32,000 bases of DNA, taken from the NCBI GenBank assembly GCA_040989845.1, contig JAYMFZ010000004.1, forward strand, positions 2,656,824 through 2,688,823, read 5' to 3'. Under the pieces are notes generated by a model. It was not told where the DNA came from. It made no database searches and saw only the letters and a list, made by a program, of their open reading frames with translations. The position numbers and the translations under genes are program-made. Of this stretch, positions 9,531 to 18,183 are shown in pieces (position 1 is the first letter of the stretch; every line of letters begins with the position of its first letter). Origin of the DNA: Streptomyces sp. WGS_02 (lineage in GTDB: Bacteria > Actinomycetota > Actinomycetes > Streptomycetales > Streptomycetaceae).

Positions 9531-10924
9531 CTACTCCGGCGACGGCGGGTTCTCCCGCGGGCGTTCGGCCGGCGCGTCCTGCGGGCCCGGACCGGGTGGT
9601 GCGGGCGTGGCCCCGGCGGGCACCGGGTTCATCGAGAGAGCCGTGGATCCGGTGCGCCCGCCGCTCCCGCCCGGGGGCCCCGGCGTCGCGTACGAACGCA
9701 GGTAGACCACAACCGTGTTGGTCACCGCGACCAGCGGTACAGCCACCACCGCGCCGCCGATGCCCGCGACGAGCCCGCCGGTCGCCACCGCGAGGACCAC
9801 CGCGAGCGGATGCACCCGGACGGCGCGGCCGAGGATGAACGGCTGCAGGATGTGGCCCTCGATCTGCTGCACGGCCAGGACCACCACCAGCGCCCACAGC
9901 GCCGTCCATACGCCTTCGGTGACCAGGGCCACGACCACGGCGAGCGCTCCGGAGACCACGGCTCCGACGAGCGGGATGAAGGCGAACAGGAAGATGAAGA
10001 CGGCCAGCGGCACCGCGAGCGGCACGTTCAGGACGTAGAGGCCGAGGCCGATGAAGATGGCGTCGATCAGGGCGACGAGCACCGTGCCCCGTACATAGGC
10101 GGTCAGGGTGCGCCAGGCGCGCGGTCCGGCCCCGGCGACGCCCGGACGGGCCGCGGCGGGCACCAGCTTGAGCGACCACTCCCAGATGCGGCGGCCGTCG
10201 TAGAGCAGGAACAGCGTGGAGAACATCGCCAGCAGCAGCCCGGTGAGGAACTCCACCATCACCGTGACGCCCTGGAGCCCGGCGGAGGTGATCTCCTCGG
10301 TGTTGGTGCCGATGGTGTCGCTGAGGTTCTTGGCGATGTCGTTGATCTGCGACTCGGTGACGTGGAACGGGCTGTCGAGCGCCCAGCGCTTCAGCTCGTC
10401 GATACCGTCCCGGACCCGGTCGGAGAGCGTGTCGAGGTTCTCCATCACCTGCCACACCACGAACCAGCCGACCAGGCCGATGATGACGAACCCGAGGACG
10501 GCGGTCACGGCGGTGGCGAGCCCGTGCGGCAGCCCGAACCGCTTGAGTCGGACCACCGTGGGCTGGAGCATCGCGGTGATGAGCAGAGCGGCCGAGAAGG
10601 CGAGCACCACCAGCTCCACGGCGGTGATCACCCGCATCAGCACCCAGAGCGTCCCGGCGAGGACGAGGAGGCGCCAGCCGGCCTCCGCGGCGACCCGCAT
10701 CCCCCACGGAATCGCCGCCACCGGATCCGGCTTGGCGGCGACCGAGGGGGCGTAGCTGGGGGCGCGGGCACCTGCCCCGCTTCGTCGTCGACGTCGGGGA
10801 CGGCCCCCTTCGCCGTGAACGGTTCATCGTCGGCGGCGGCTCTCGCCCGACGCTCGTCCAGGCGTGCGCCCAGCTCCGTCAGTTCGGACCCGAAGCGGCC
10901 CAGCCAGCCCGGCAGTTTTGACAT
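9531..10924 (-). pseudogene. AI-2E family (PerM/UPF0118) transporter, frame broken by an apparent 1-nt deletion in a G-run
   Basis: ATG 10924 (GGAAGGAAAG RBS) gives MSKLPGWLGRFGSELTELGARLDERRA...EAGQVPAPP in the frame of ORF 10637..11305. The body (…SYAPSVAAKPDPVAAIPWGMRVAAEAGWRLLVLAGTLWV… with 8 TM helices) is ORF 9531..10721. The switch is at GGGGG 10758-10762. Length is 1394 nt (2 mod 3). Confidence 0.85.
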
Positions 10925-10992
10925 GCTCTCTTTCCTTCCCCCATCTGGGCTTCCCAGCGCTCCGGGTTCACCAGGAAGTGACCGTACAACGC

Positions 10993-11030
10993 GCGAGGCC
11001 CCCCACCGTCTGGACGGTGGGGGGCCTCGC
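10993..11030 (-). terminator. Terminator hairpin downstream of the transglycosylase gene
   Basis: GCGAGGCCCCCCACCGTC (10993-11010) pairs with GACGGTGGGGGGCCTCGC (11013-11030). This gives about 16 bp of usable stem, 41 nt after the stop at 11071 on the minus strand. Confidence 0.6.
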
Positions 11031-11070
11031 GGGGTTGAGAGGACGGCAGGTGAGCTTCCGCCCGCTTCCC

Positions 11071-11790
11071 CTAATACCAGTTGTTGGCCTGCCAGAAGGA
11101 CCAGGCGCCGCACGGGGAGCCGTAACGGCCGTCCATGTAGCTGAGGCCCCACTTGATCTGGGTGGCCGGGTTGGTCTGCCAGTCGGCGCCGGCGGACGAC
11201 ATCTTGGAGCCCGGGAGCGCCTGCATCAGACCGTACGCCCCGGAGGACGGGTTGGTCGCGCGGTAGTTCCAGGTCGACTCGTGGTTCACGATGTTGCTGA
11301 AGCACTGGAACTGGTCGGCGGGGACCATCTGACGGGCCATCGCCTGGACCTCGGCCACGGAGTACGAGCCCTGGGCCGCGAACGAGGAGGCGTCGCGGAC
11401 GGAAGAGCGGCTGGCGCGCTCGGCCTCTTCCTTTTCCTTCTTCTCCGCCTCGGCCTTGCGCTCGGCCTCGATCCGGTCCTCGGCCGCCTGCTTCTTGGAC
11501 TTGGCGTCCTTGGCGGCCTGGATGCGGGCGGATTCCTCGGCCGACTTCTTCGCGGCGGCGTCGGCGGCGGACGCCTGGGCGTCGGCCTGCTGCGTCAGCG
11601 AAGCGGTCTGGACCTGGGCCTGCTGGCCCGCGGGGATGTCTGCGAGCAGCGTGGTGTCGGCTGCGGCCGCCTCGAAGTTGTTGTCGTCGGCGGCAGGTGT
11701 GCCGCCCGCAGCAACGCCTACGACGGCGCCTACGGTGGTGACCGCGGTGGCGGATGCCACGGCGAACCCCCGGACCGAGATCCGGCTCAC
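11071..11790 (-). CDS. Secreted lytic transglycosylase-like cell-wall hydrolase (signal peptide + Ala/Lys/Glu coiled linker + C-terminal transglycosylase domain)
   Basis: GTG 11790 follows GGAAGGA (alternative ATG 11808). Signal peptide VSRISVRGFAVASATAVTTVGAVVGVAAG. C-terminal domain: FSNIVNHESTWNYRATNPSSGAYGLMQALPGSKM...WQTNPATQIKWGLSYMDGRYGSPCGAWSFWQANNWY. Confidence 0.85.
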   Translation of the reverse strand: MSRISVRGFAVASATAVTTVGAVVGVAAGGTPAADDNNFEAAAADTTLLADIPAGQQAQVQTASLTQQADAQASAADAAAKKSAEESARIQAAKDAKSKKQAAEDRIEAERKAEAEKKEKEEAERASRSSVRDASSFAAQGSYSVAEVQAMARQMVPADQFQCFSNIVNHESTWNYRATNPSSGAYGLMQALPGSKMSSAGADWQTNPATQIKWGLSYMDGRYGSPCGAWSFWQANNWY

Positions 11791-11808
11791 ATGGTGTCCT
11801 TCCAGCAT

Positions 11809-11949
11809 CGCCCGCTTAGGTGACCTCGCGGGCGCGTTCGTGCCCCTGGCACTGGCCTCCCTACTGCGTGGGTCACGGGAGGCACGGGCCCGATGGGCAA
11901 CCCCGGTGAGGAGGCTGCCGCGTGGTGCTCGCGGGCGGCATACGGGCGT
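11809..11949 (-). promoter_or_regulatory. Candidate ydaO-type (cyclic-di-AMP) riboswitch in the transglycosylase leader
   Basis: Minus-strand RNA: ACGCCCGU...GGGGUUGCCCA...CCUCCCGUGACCCACGCAGUAGGGAGG...GUGCCAGGGGCACGAACGCGCCCGCGAGGUCACCUAAGCGGGCG, followed by the RBS GGAAGGA. The ends pair (CGCCCGU/GCGGGCG, P1-like). Elements resemble ydaO GGGGACCCA, GGGGUGAAUC and AGCUAACCUCGUAAGCG. The match is imperfect and was not verified with a covariance model. Confidence 0.35.
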
Positions 11950-12179
11950 CTTGTGTTGAGTTGTGTGGTGCGTGGCGCCTCTGGAGGTGCCCAAGTGCCG
12001 TATGCGGGGCCTGACGGAAGCAAGACTCTGCCGGACGGGGACGCGTGGAGGCAATTCTGTGTTGCGTGGGAAACGTCACACCCCGTTTGGCCCATCGGTT
12101 TTGCGGAAATGACGGCGCAGCACAATGCAGCCCGGCTAAGATCCTTGGCTCGCCGGGCGGCATGAAGGGGACATGCGGG

Positions 12180-13479
12180 TCAGATGTGGCCCTCCTCCAG
12201 CATTTCGGTCACCAGTGCGGCGATCTGCGAACGCTCCGACCGCGTGAGCGTGACGTGCGCGAACAGCGGATGCCCCTTCAGCTTCTCGACGACGGCGACG
12301 ACTCCGTCATACCGGCCGACCCGGAGGTTGTCCCGCTGGGCCACGTCATGGGTGAGCACGACACGCGAATTCGCCCCGATTCGGGACAACACGGTCAGCA
12401 GGACGTTCCGTTCGAGCGACTGCGCCTCGTCGACGATCACGAACGCGTCGTGCAGCGAGCGGCCGCGGATGTGGGTGAGCGGCAGGACCTCCAGCATCCC
12501 GCGCCCGAGCACCTCCTCGATGACCTCGCGTCCGGCGACCGCCGAGAGCGTGTCGAAGACCGCCTGCGCCCAGGGGCTCATCTTCTCGGCCTCGCTGCCG
12601 GGGAGATAGCCGAGCTCCTGCCCGCCCACCGCGTACAGCGGGCGGAAGACCATCACCTTCTTGTGCTGCTGCCGCTCCAGCACGGCCTCCAGGCCCGCGC
12701 AGAGGGCCAGCGCGGACTTGCCGGTGCCCGCGCGTCCGCCGAGCGACACGATGCCGACGTCGCTGTCGAGGAGGAGGTCGAGCGCGATCCGCTGCTCGGC
12801 GCTGCGCCCGTGGATGCCGAAGGCCTCCCGGTCGCCCCGCACGAGGCGGACGTTGCCCTCGGCCGTCACCCGGCCCAGCGCCTTGCCGCGCTCGGACTGG
12901 AGGACCAGGCCGGTGTGGACGGGCAGCTCGGCGGCCTCGGGGACGTACAGCGTCTCCTCGCTGAACAGCAGGTCGATCTGTTCCCCGGCGAGGGACAGTT
13001 CGCTCATACCGGTCCAGCCGGAGTCGGTGATGGCGAGCTCGGCGCGGTACTCCTCGGCGAGGAGGCCGACGGAGGACGCCTTGATTCGGAGGGGCAGGTC
13101 CTTGGAGACGACCGTGACGTCGTACCCCTCGGCCTGGAGGTTGCGTGCGACCGCGAGGATCCGTGAGTCGTTGTCCCCCAGCCGATAGCCGGCGGGCAGT
13201 ATGCCGGGATCGGAGTGGTTGAGTTCGACACGGAGCGACCCGCCCAGGTCCCCGAGCGGGATCGGGGCGTCCAGCCGGCCGTACCGGACCCGGAAGTCGT
13301 CCAGCAGGCGCAGGGCCTGGCGGGCGAAGTAGCCGAGCTCGGGATGGTGCCGCTTGGCCTCCAGCTCCAGTGACCACCACGATCGGCAGCACGACTTCGT
13401 GCTCGTCGAAGCGGGCCATGGCGCCGGGGTCGGCCAGCAGGACGCTGGTGTCGAGAACGTATGTGCGCCGGTCGGGCAT
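12180..13479 (-). pseudogene. PIN-domain / PhoH-like ATPase (PhoH2), frame broken by an apparent 1-nt insertion
   Basis: ATG 13479 gives [37 protein letters not shown] (PIN, frame of ORF 12346..13707). The sequence then continues as [24 protein letters not shown]...[16 protein letters not shown]...MSELSL...[12 protein letters not shown] (Walker A)...VIVDEAQ in the frame of ORF 12180..13007. The junction is ACTGGAG, with the extra G at 13367-13368. Length is 1300 nt (1 mod 3). Alternative GTG starts are at 13500 and 13503. Confidence 0.85.
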
Positions 13480-13830
13480 GCGGCGCTTGATGCTGTTCAC
13501 CACGGAAGGACGTACCCCCTCGGACGAGGTCGGGGAGTGCGACGGACGGTCGCGGAGCTTCCCGAAGGGAGAGGACGGACCGGGATCGGGCCCTCGTGCG
13601 CGGGCCTGACCGCGGCCACCGCGTCGGCCGCACGCTGCGTACGGTCCTTCGTGTGCAAAGGGCCTCCCGGGCGAGCGGACTGGGTGCCGCTCACTTGGTG
13701 ACGACATCCGCCTGGTTGATGACCGGATGCCGACCTGTCAGGGGTATTCCCTATTCGAACCGAAGCCATGCCGCCGCATATGACACGGCGTGGAGAAGTC
13801 CCGGTGGCCGCCCGATGACGCCCTGGTGGT

Positions 13831-14601
13831 TCAGGCCCCGTAACGCCGGTGCCGGGCCGCGTAGTCGCGCAGTGCCCGCAGGAAGTCGACCTTGCGGAAG
13901 GCCGGCCAGAAGACCTCGCAGAAGTAGTACTCCGAATGGGCGCTCTGCCAGAGCATGAAGCCCGAGAGCCGCTGCTCGCCGCTCGTCCGGATCACCAGAT
14001 CGGGATCGGGCTGCCCCCGGGTGTAGAGGTGCTCGGAGATCAGGTCGGTGGAGACGACCTCGGCCAGCTCCTCGAAGCTGGTGCCCTTCTCCGCGTGCTC
14101 CAGGAGCAGCGAGCGCACCGCGTCCGCGATCTCCTGGCGGCCGCCGTAGCCGACCGCGACGTTGACGATTATCCCATCGATGTGGGACGTCGACTCCTGG
14201 GCCTCCTTCAGGACCGTCTGTGTCTCCGGCGGGAGCAGGTCGAGCGTGCCCACGTGGTGGACGCGCCAGCGGCCGTCCGCGGCGAGGTTGCGGACGGTGT
14301 TCTCGATGATGCGGAGCAGCGGCTTCAGCTCGTGCTCGGGCCGGTCGAAGTTGTCCGTGGAGAGCATCCAGAGGGTGACGACCTCGACGTCGGTCTCGTC
14401 GCACCAGCCGAGCAGCTCGGAGATCTTGTCCGCACCGGCCTGGTGGCCCTGCACGGCGGAGCCGCCGGACGCCTTGGCCCACCGCCGGTTCCCGTCGAGG
14501 ATGACCCCGATGTGCTTCGGCACCTGGTCGTGGTCCAGGCGGCCTTCCACCCGGCGCGCGTAGAGCCTGTACACCAGGTCGCGGAAGTTCACTGCGTTCA
14601 C
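13831..14601 (-). CDS. cis-Prenyltransferase (UppS-family isoprenyl transferase, short Rv1086-like form)
   Basis: HIGVILDGNRRWA, ...VVTLWMLSTDNF..., RTSGEQRLSGFMLWQSAHSEYYF. The start is ambiguous between GTG 14601 and GTG 14592, which has better spacing to GAGAGG. The track start 14820 is too long. Confidence 0.88.
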   Translation of the reverse strand: MNAVNFRDLVYRLYARRVEGRLDHDQVPKHIGVILDGNRRWAKASGGSAVQGHQAGADKISELLGWCDETDVEVVTLWMLSTDNFDRPEHELKPLLRIIENTVRNLAADGRWRVHHVGTLDLLPPETQTVLKEAQESTSHIDGIIVNVAVGYGGRQEIADAVRSLLLEHAEKGTSFEELAEVVSTDLISEHLYTRGQPDPDLVIRTSGEQRLSGFMLWQSAHSEYYFCEVFWPAFRKVDFLRALRDYAARHRRYGA

Positions 14602-14856
14602 CCTCTCGGTTCCGTACGGGCCGGGGCCCGCCCTCCCCGTCGCCGGGGGTAACAGGGGACGTCCCCCGCCGGGGCTCGCTCGCACGACCCGCGCCGCTCG
14701 CACGATCCCTGGGCGGTCCGCGCCTCTACCACCGGCACGGGCCACGCGGGCCATCGCCGCGCCGCACATCGGCATTCCCCGAAGCCGCCACATTACTGCG
14801 AGCGGGTCATCAGGGCCCAACCCGGTCTGTCACAACTCCGTGATAAGCAGAGAAAC

Positions 14857-15906
14857 GTGACTGATTACCTCTCCCCCGACCTGTACTACCGTGCCGCTCC
14901 CTCGCGCTACGACTCCATGGAGTACCGCCGGACCGGGCGCAGCGGCCTCAAGCTGCCCGCCCTGTCGCTCGGCCTGTGGCACAACTTCGGCGACGACCGG
15001 GCGCTGGACTCCCAGCGGGCGATCCTGCGCCGCGCCTTCGACCTCGGGGTGACCCACTTCGACCTGGCGAACAACTACGGCCCGCCGCCCGGCTCGGCCG
15101 AGCTGAACTTCGGCAAGCTCTTCGCCCAGGATTTCGCCCCCTACCGGGACGAAATGGTCATTTCCACCAAGGCCGGTTATCTGATGCACCCCGGCCCGTA
15201 CGGCGAGTGGGGCTCCCGGAAGTACCTGCTGTCCTCACTCGACGCCTCCCTGAAGCGGATGGGCGTGGACCACGTCGACATCTTCTACTCGCACCGCTTC
15301 GACCCGGACACCCCGCTGGAGGAGACGATGGGCGCCCTGGCGTCCGCCGTCCAGCAGGGCAAGGCCCTGTACGTGGGCGTCTCCTCGTACAACGCGGAGC
15401 AGACCGCCGAGGCGGCCGGGCTGCTCCAGGAGATGGGCGTCCCGGCCCTGATCCACCAGCCGTCCTACTCCATGATCAACCGCTGGATCGAGGACGACGG
15501 GCTGCTCGACACGCTGGAGGCGGCCGGAATGGGCTGCATCTCCTTCGTGCCGCTCGCCCAGGGCCTGCTCACGAACAAGTACCTGAAGGGCATCCCGGAG
15601 GGCTCGCGCGCCACCCAGGGCAAGTCGCTGGACCCGGGCCTGCTCTCCGACGAGGTCCTGCGGCGACTGCGTGGCCTGAACGACATCGCGCAGGGCCGCG
15701 GCCAGTCGCTCGCCCAGCTCGCCATCGCCTGGGTGCTCCGCGACAGCCGGATGACCTCGGCGCTGATCGGCGCGTCGAGCGTGAAGCAGTTGGAGGAGAA
15801 CGTGGCGGCCCTCGCGGGTCCGGCGCTCACCGCCGAGGAGCTGAAGGAGATCGACACCTTCGCCGTGGACACGGCCGGCACCAACATCTGGGCCGGTCGC
15901 GGCTGA
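14857..15906 (+). CDS. Aldo/keto reductase (YghZ/Gpr-like, L-glyceraldehyde-3-phosphate reductase family)
   Basis: 349-aa ORF with MEYRRTGRSGLKLPALSLGLWHNFG, THFDLANNYG, ISTKAGY, HRFDPDTPLEET, LIGASSVKQLEENV. Confidence 0.9.
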   Translation: MTDYLSPDLYYRAAPSRYDSMEYRRTGRSGLKLPALSLGLWHNFGDDRALDSQRAILRRAFDLGVTHFDLANNYGPPPGSAELNFGKLFAQDFAPYRDEMVISTKAGYLMHPGPYGEWGSRKYLLSSLDASLKRMGVDHVDIFYSHRFDPDTPLEETMGALASAVQQGKALYVGVSSYNAEQTAEAAGLLQEMGVPALIHQPSYSMINRWIEDDGLLDTLEAAGMGCISFVPLAQGLLTNKYLKGIPEGSRATQGKSLDPGLLSDEVLRRLRGLNDIAQGRGQSLAQLAIAWVLRDSRMTSALIGASSVKQLEENVAALAGPALTAEELKEIDTFAVDTAGTNIWAGRG

Positions 15907-15946
15907 CGTCGGCGTCGGCTCAACGGGGCCCGCGCGGCGGGAAGAA

Positions 15947-15972
15947 CGGGAGCGGTCCGGGGGCCGCTCCCG
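15947..15972 (+). terminator. Hairpin downstream of the aldo/keto reductase
   Basis: CGGGAGCGG / tccggggg / CCGCTCCCG, a 9-bp stem 41 nt after the stop. Confidence 0.45.
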
Positions 15973-16003
15973 GGCCGCGGGGCAGCGCCGTAGTCGGCCC
16001 ACG

Positions 16004-16110
16004 AAAAACGGGCCGGTCCGTGGGGGGGATACGGACCGGCCCGAGGGGGGTTTCCACCATAACCCTTCGTAAGTGCCGGCGCGTGCCACGCCACTCCATC
16101 ATTACTCTCC
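16004..16110 (-). ncRNA. Candidate small RNA with two C-runs and an intrinsic terminator (6C-like)
   Basis: The minus strand reads ...GGUUAUGGUGGAAACCCCCCUCGGGCCGGUCCGUAUCCCCCCCACGGACCGGCCCGUUUUUCG. It has a 13-bp perfect stem (16009-16021 / 16030-16042) with a C7 loop, a U5 tail, and a C6 run just upstream. No credible CDS lies upstream on that strand, and GC is locally lower over 16043-16140. The 5' end is undefined. Confidence 0.3.
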
Positions 16111-16301
16111 GCATATGCCAGACTCCGCTGCGGGCAGGCCCCGCCCCAAGTCGGCACCGGCCTCCGAGCCCCTTCCCGGCCCGTTATCGGCCTCCGTATC
16201 GAGGGGTCGCCGGGCATCGCCGCCTTGACGCGGCCGGGGCGCACGCGCCGGGGGCACGGAGGAGGACAGGAGCTGACCTCAAGGGCCTCTAGGTTCGGGG
16301 C

Positions 16302-17501
16302 ATGACGACACGACCCCCCGCGCCCGGGCCCGCGACTGCCGCCGTGACCGTGACCTGGGCCGGGGCGAACGCCCGGCGGCTGGCCCGGCAGCACCTCCAC
16401 CCGGACGCCGCCGCCACCGCGTCGCCCTTCGCCGAGCCGGGCGACGCGGTGGCCGCGATGCTCGGCGCGCACGCCCAGGTGCTGTCGGCGGCCGAGCTGT
16501 CCGTGGGGCTGCGCGGGGACGGGCTGACCCGCACGGACGTCCGTACGGCGCTGTGGACCGACCGGACCCTGGTGAAGACGTTCGGGCCGCGCGGCACGGT
16601 CCACCTGCTGCCCGCGGTGGACCTCCCCCGGTGGACCGGGGCCCTCTCCGCCGTACCGACGGGCCCGAACCCCTTCCCCGAGAACGCCCGGATGACCCCG
16701 GACCAGGTGGAGGCGGTCGTCGCGGCGGTCGGGGACGCGCTGGCCGGGGCGGAGCTCACGATCGACGAGCTCTCGGACGAGGTCGTCGCGCGGACCGGGC
16801 CGTGGGCCGGGGACCTGGTGATGCCCGGGTTCCAGGCGATGTGGCCGCGCTGGCGGCAGGTCCTGCATCTGGCGGGCCACCGGGGCGCCCTCGCCTACGC
16901 CCCGAACCGGGGCCGGAAGGCGACGTACACGAACCCCGGATGCACCCCGCTGCCGGGCTCCGGGGCGCTGCCCGCCCTGATCGAGCGGTACCTGTACGCC
17001 TACGGGCCGGCGACCCCCGCCCACTTCGCCCGGTGGCTCGCGGCACCGAAGCGCTGGGCGGCCGAGCAGTTCGCCGCCCAGGCCGCATCGGGGGCGATCG
17101 AGGAGGTGACGTTCGGGGAGGACGGACCGGCGTGGGTGGTCGCGGGTGACACGGACTTCCCGGACGCGCCGGTGCGGGGTGTGCGCCTGCTCCCCTACTT
17201 CGACGCGTTCGCCATCGCCTCGGCCCCCCGCGAGCGGCTGTTCCCGGGCGCTGCGTGGGAGCGGGCTCTCGGCGGTGGACAGGCGGGGAACTTCCCGGTG
17301 CTGCTGGTGGACGGCGTGGTGGCGGGCGTCTGGCACCAGCGCCGCTCGGGCCGCCGGATCGCGGTGACGGTGGAACCCCTGAAGCCGCTGACCGGGGCGC
17401 GGCTGCGGGACCTGGAGGAGCAGGTGGAGCGGGTCGCCACGATCATGGAGGGGACGGCGGAGCTGACGGTCGGCCCGGTGACGGTGGGGCCGCACGCGTA
17501 G
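16302..17501 (+). CDS. Winged-helix DNA glycosylase of the AlkZ/YcaQ (HTH_42, DUF1006) family
   Basis: 399-aa ORF with ...ARRLARQHL...AAMLGAHAQVLSAAELSVGLR..., WTDRTLVKTFGPRGTVHLLP, ERYLYAYGPATPAHFARWL, NFPVLLVDGVVAGVWH. This is the typical family architecture, with an H-A-Q catalytic-type motif. Confidence 0.8.
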   Translation: MTTRPPAPGPATAAVTVTWAGANARRLARQHLHPDAAATASPFAEPGDAVAAMLGAHAQVLSAAELSVGLRGDGLTRTDVRTALWTDRTLVKTFGPRGTVHLLPAVDLPRWTGALSAVPTGPNPFPENARMTPDQVEAVVAAVGDALAGAELTIDELSDEVVARTGPWAGDLVMPGFQAMWPRWRQVLHLAGHRGALAYAPNRGRKATYTNPGCTPLPGSGALPALIERYLYAYGPATPAHFARWLAAPKRWAAEQFAAQAASGAIEEVTFGEDGPAWVVAGDTDFPDAPVRGVRLLPYFDAFAIASAPRERLFPGAAWERALGGGQAGNFPVLLVDGVVAGVWHQRRSGRRIAVTVEPLKPLTGARLRDLEEQVERVATIMEGTAELTVGPVTVGPHA

Positions 17502-17502
17502 G

Positions 17503-17723
17503 GGCGGGGGTGCGCGCGTACGGGGGGCATGCGCGGGGCGTGGCGGGGTGAGGCGGGTGCGCGGGCCGGCGGAGGCGGGTGCGCGGGCGGAGGCGGGTGC
17601 GCGGGCCGGCGGAGGCGGGTGCACGGGCGCGCGGGCGGAGGCGGAGGCGGGCGCGCGGGCGGAGGCGGGCGCGCGCGGGGTGAGGCGGGATCGCGGGCGG
17701 AGGCGGGTGCACGGGCGGAGGCT
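17503..17723. repeat. GC-rich imperfect tandem repeat (18-nt core GAGGCGGGTGCGCGGGCG, about 9.5 copies)
   Basis: Units start at 17550, 17572, 17590, 17612, 17638, 17644, 17662, 17682, 17700 and 17718, with 4-8 nt insertions in some. Degenerate copies lie at 17503-17549. The array sits in the convergent gap between the genes ending at 17501 (+) and 17737 (-). Confidence 0.85.
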
Positions 17724-17736
17724 CAGCCTGGACGCC

Positions 17737-18183
17737 TCAGGGGCGCGGGTCGAAGCGGATCGCCATCGTGTCTCCGGCGACCACCACGAAGTCCCCTTCC
17801 TCGCACCGGATGACGGCCTGGAGCACCTCGCCGCCGTCGTCCCTGACCTCCTGGGTGCCGACGACCGTCCACGCTCCCCCGTACGGCACCGGCGGCAGGA
17901 GCGCGGGCGGCGCGTGGTGCCACTGGCTCGCCGGTACGCACCAGTCGGGTAACCGCGGCCAGCCGCCCGGGGTGACGCGCAGCGTCCGGTCGGAGGCGCA
18001 GGTCAGCAGGACGGACTGGTCGTCCGCGAGGACGAACTCGACGGCTTCGGGCTCGCCCGCCCGGCCCTCGGGCCGGTAGTAGACGCCGAGGACGGCGGTG
18101 ATCCTGGCCCCCGTGAGCCAGTCGGCGTTGCCGTGCCGCGCGCGCCCGGCGGACCCCGCACAGTCTTTCCTCTCCACGGTCAT
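17737..18183 (-). CDS. Hypothetical protein (148 aa)
   Basis: ATG 18183 with AAGGAG 11 nt upstream. MTVERKDCAGSAGRARHGNADWLTGARITAVLGVYYRPEGR... High GC3. This is the C-terminal third of the artefactually long track ORF 17737..19149. I recognise no family. Confidence 0.6.
   Translation of the reverse strand: MTVERKDCAGSAGRARHGNADWLTGARITAVLGVYYRPEGRAGEPEAVEFVLADDQSVLLTCASDRTLRVTPGGWPRLPDWCVPASQWHHAPPALLPPVPYGGAWTVVGTQEVRDDGGEVLQAVIRCEEGDFVVVAGDTMAIRFDPRP

Noticed and set aside
9513-11144. 543-aa plus-strand ORF and the 9367..10827 minus ORF
   Set aside because: They are antisense or out-of-frame shadows of the AI-2E transporter. The composition is charged and low-complexity with no TM pattern.
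13480-13830. Possible small gene or RNA in the 350-nt gap between PhoH2 and the prenyltransferase
   Set aside because: Only Arg/Pro-rich shadow ORFs are present. The lower-GC patch (13741-13790) most likely holds the phoH2 promoter. I could not define convincing -35/-10 elements or a conserved structure.
16225-16301. Promoter call for the AlkZ-like gene (TTGACG at 16225; TAGGTT 6 nt before ATG 16302, suggesting a leaderless mRNA)
   Set aside because: The two hexamers are not at a compatible spacing with each other. Each alone is too weak to report as a feature.
15465-17624. 719-aa minus-strand ORF spanning the reductase 3' end, the intergenic region and the AlkZ-like gene
   Set aside because: It is Pro/Arg/Gly-rich and crosses two hairpin terminators and a clear intergenic region. 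The plus-strand genes have family motifs.
17503-17723. Possible CRISPR array
   Set aside because: The repeats are directly contiguous, with no unique spacers. Units are only ~18 nt and degenerate. No cas genes are nearby. I treat it as a simple tandem repeat.
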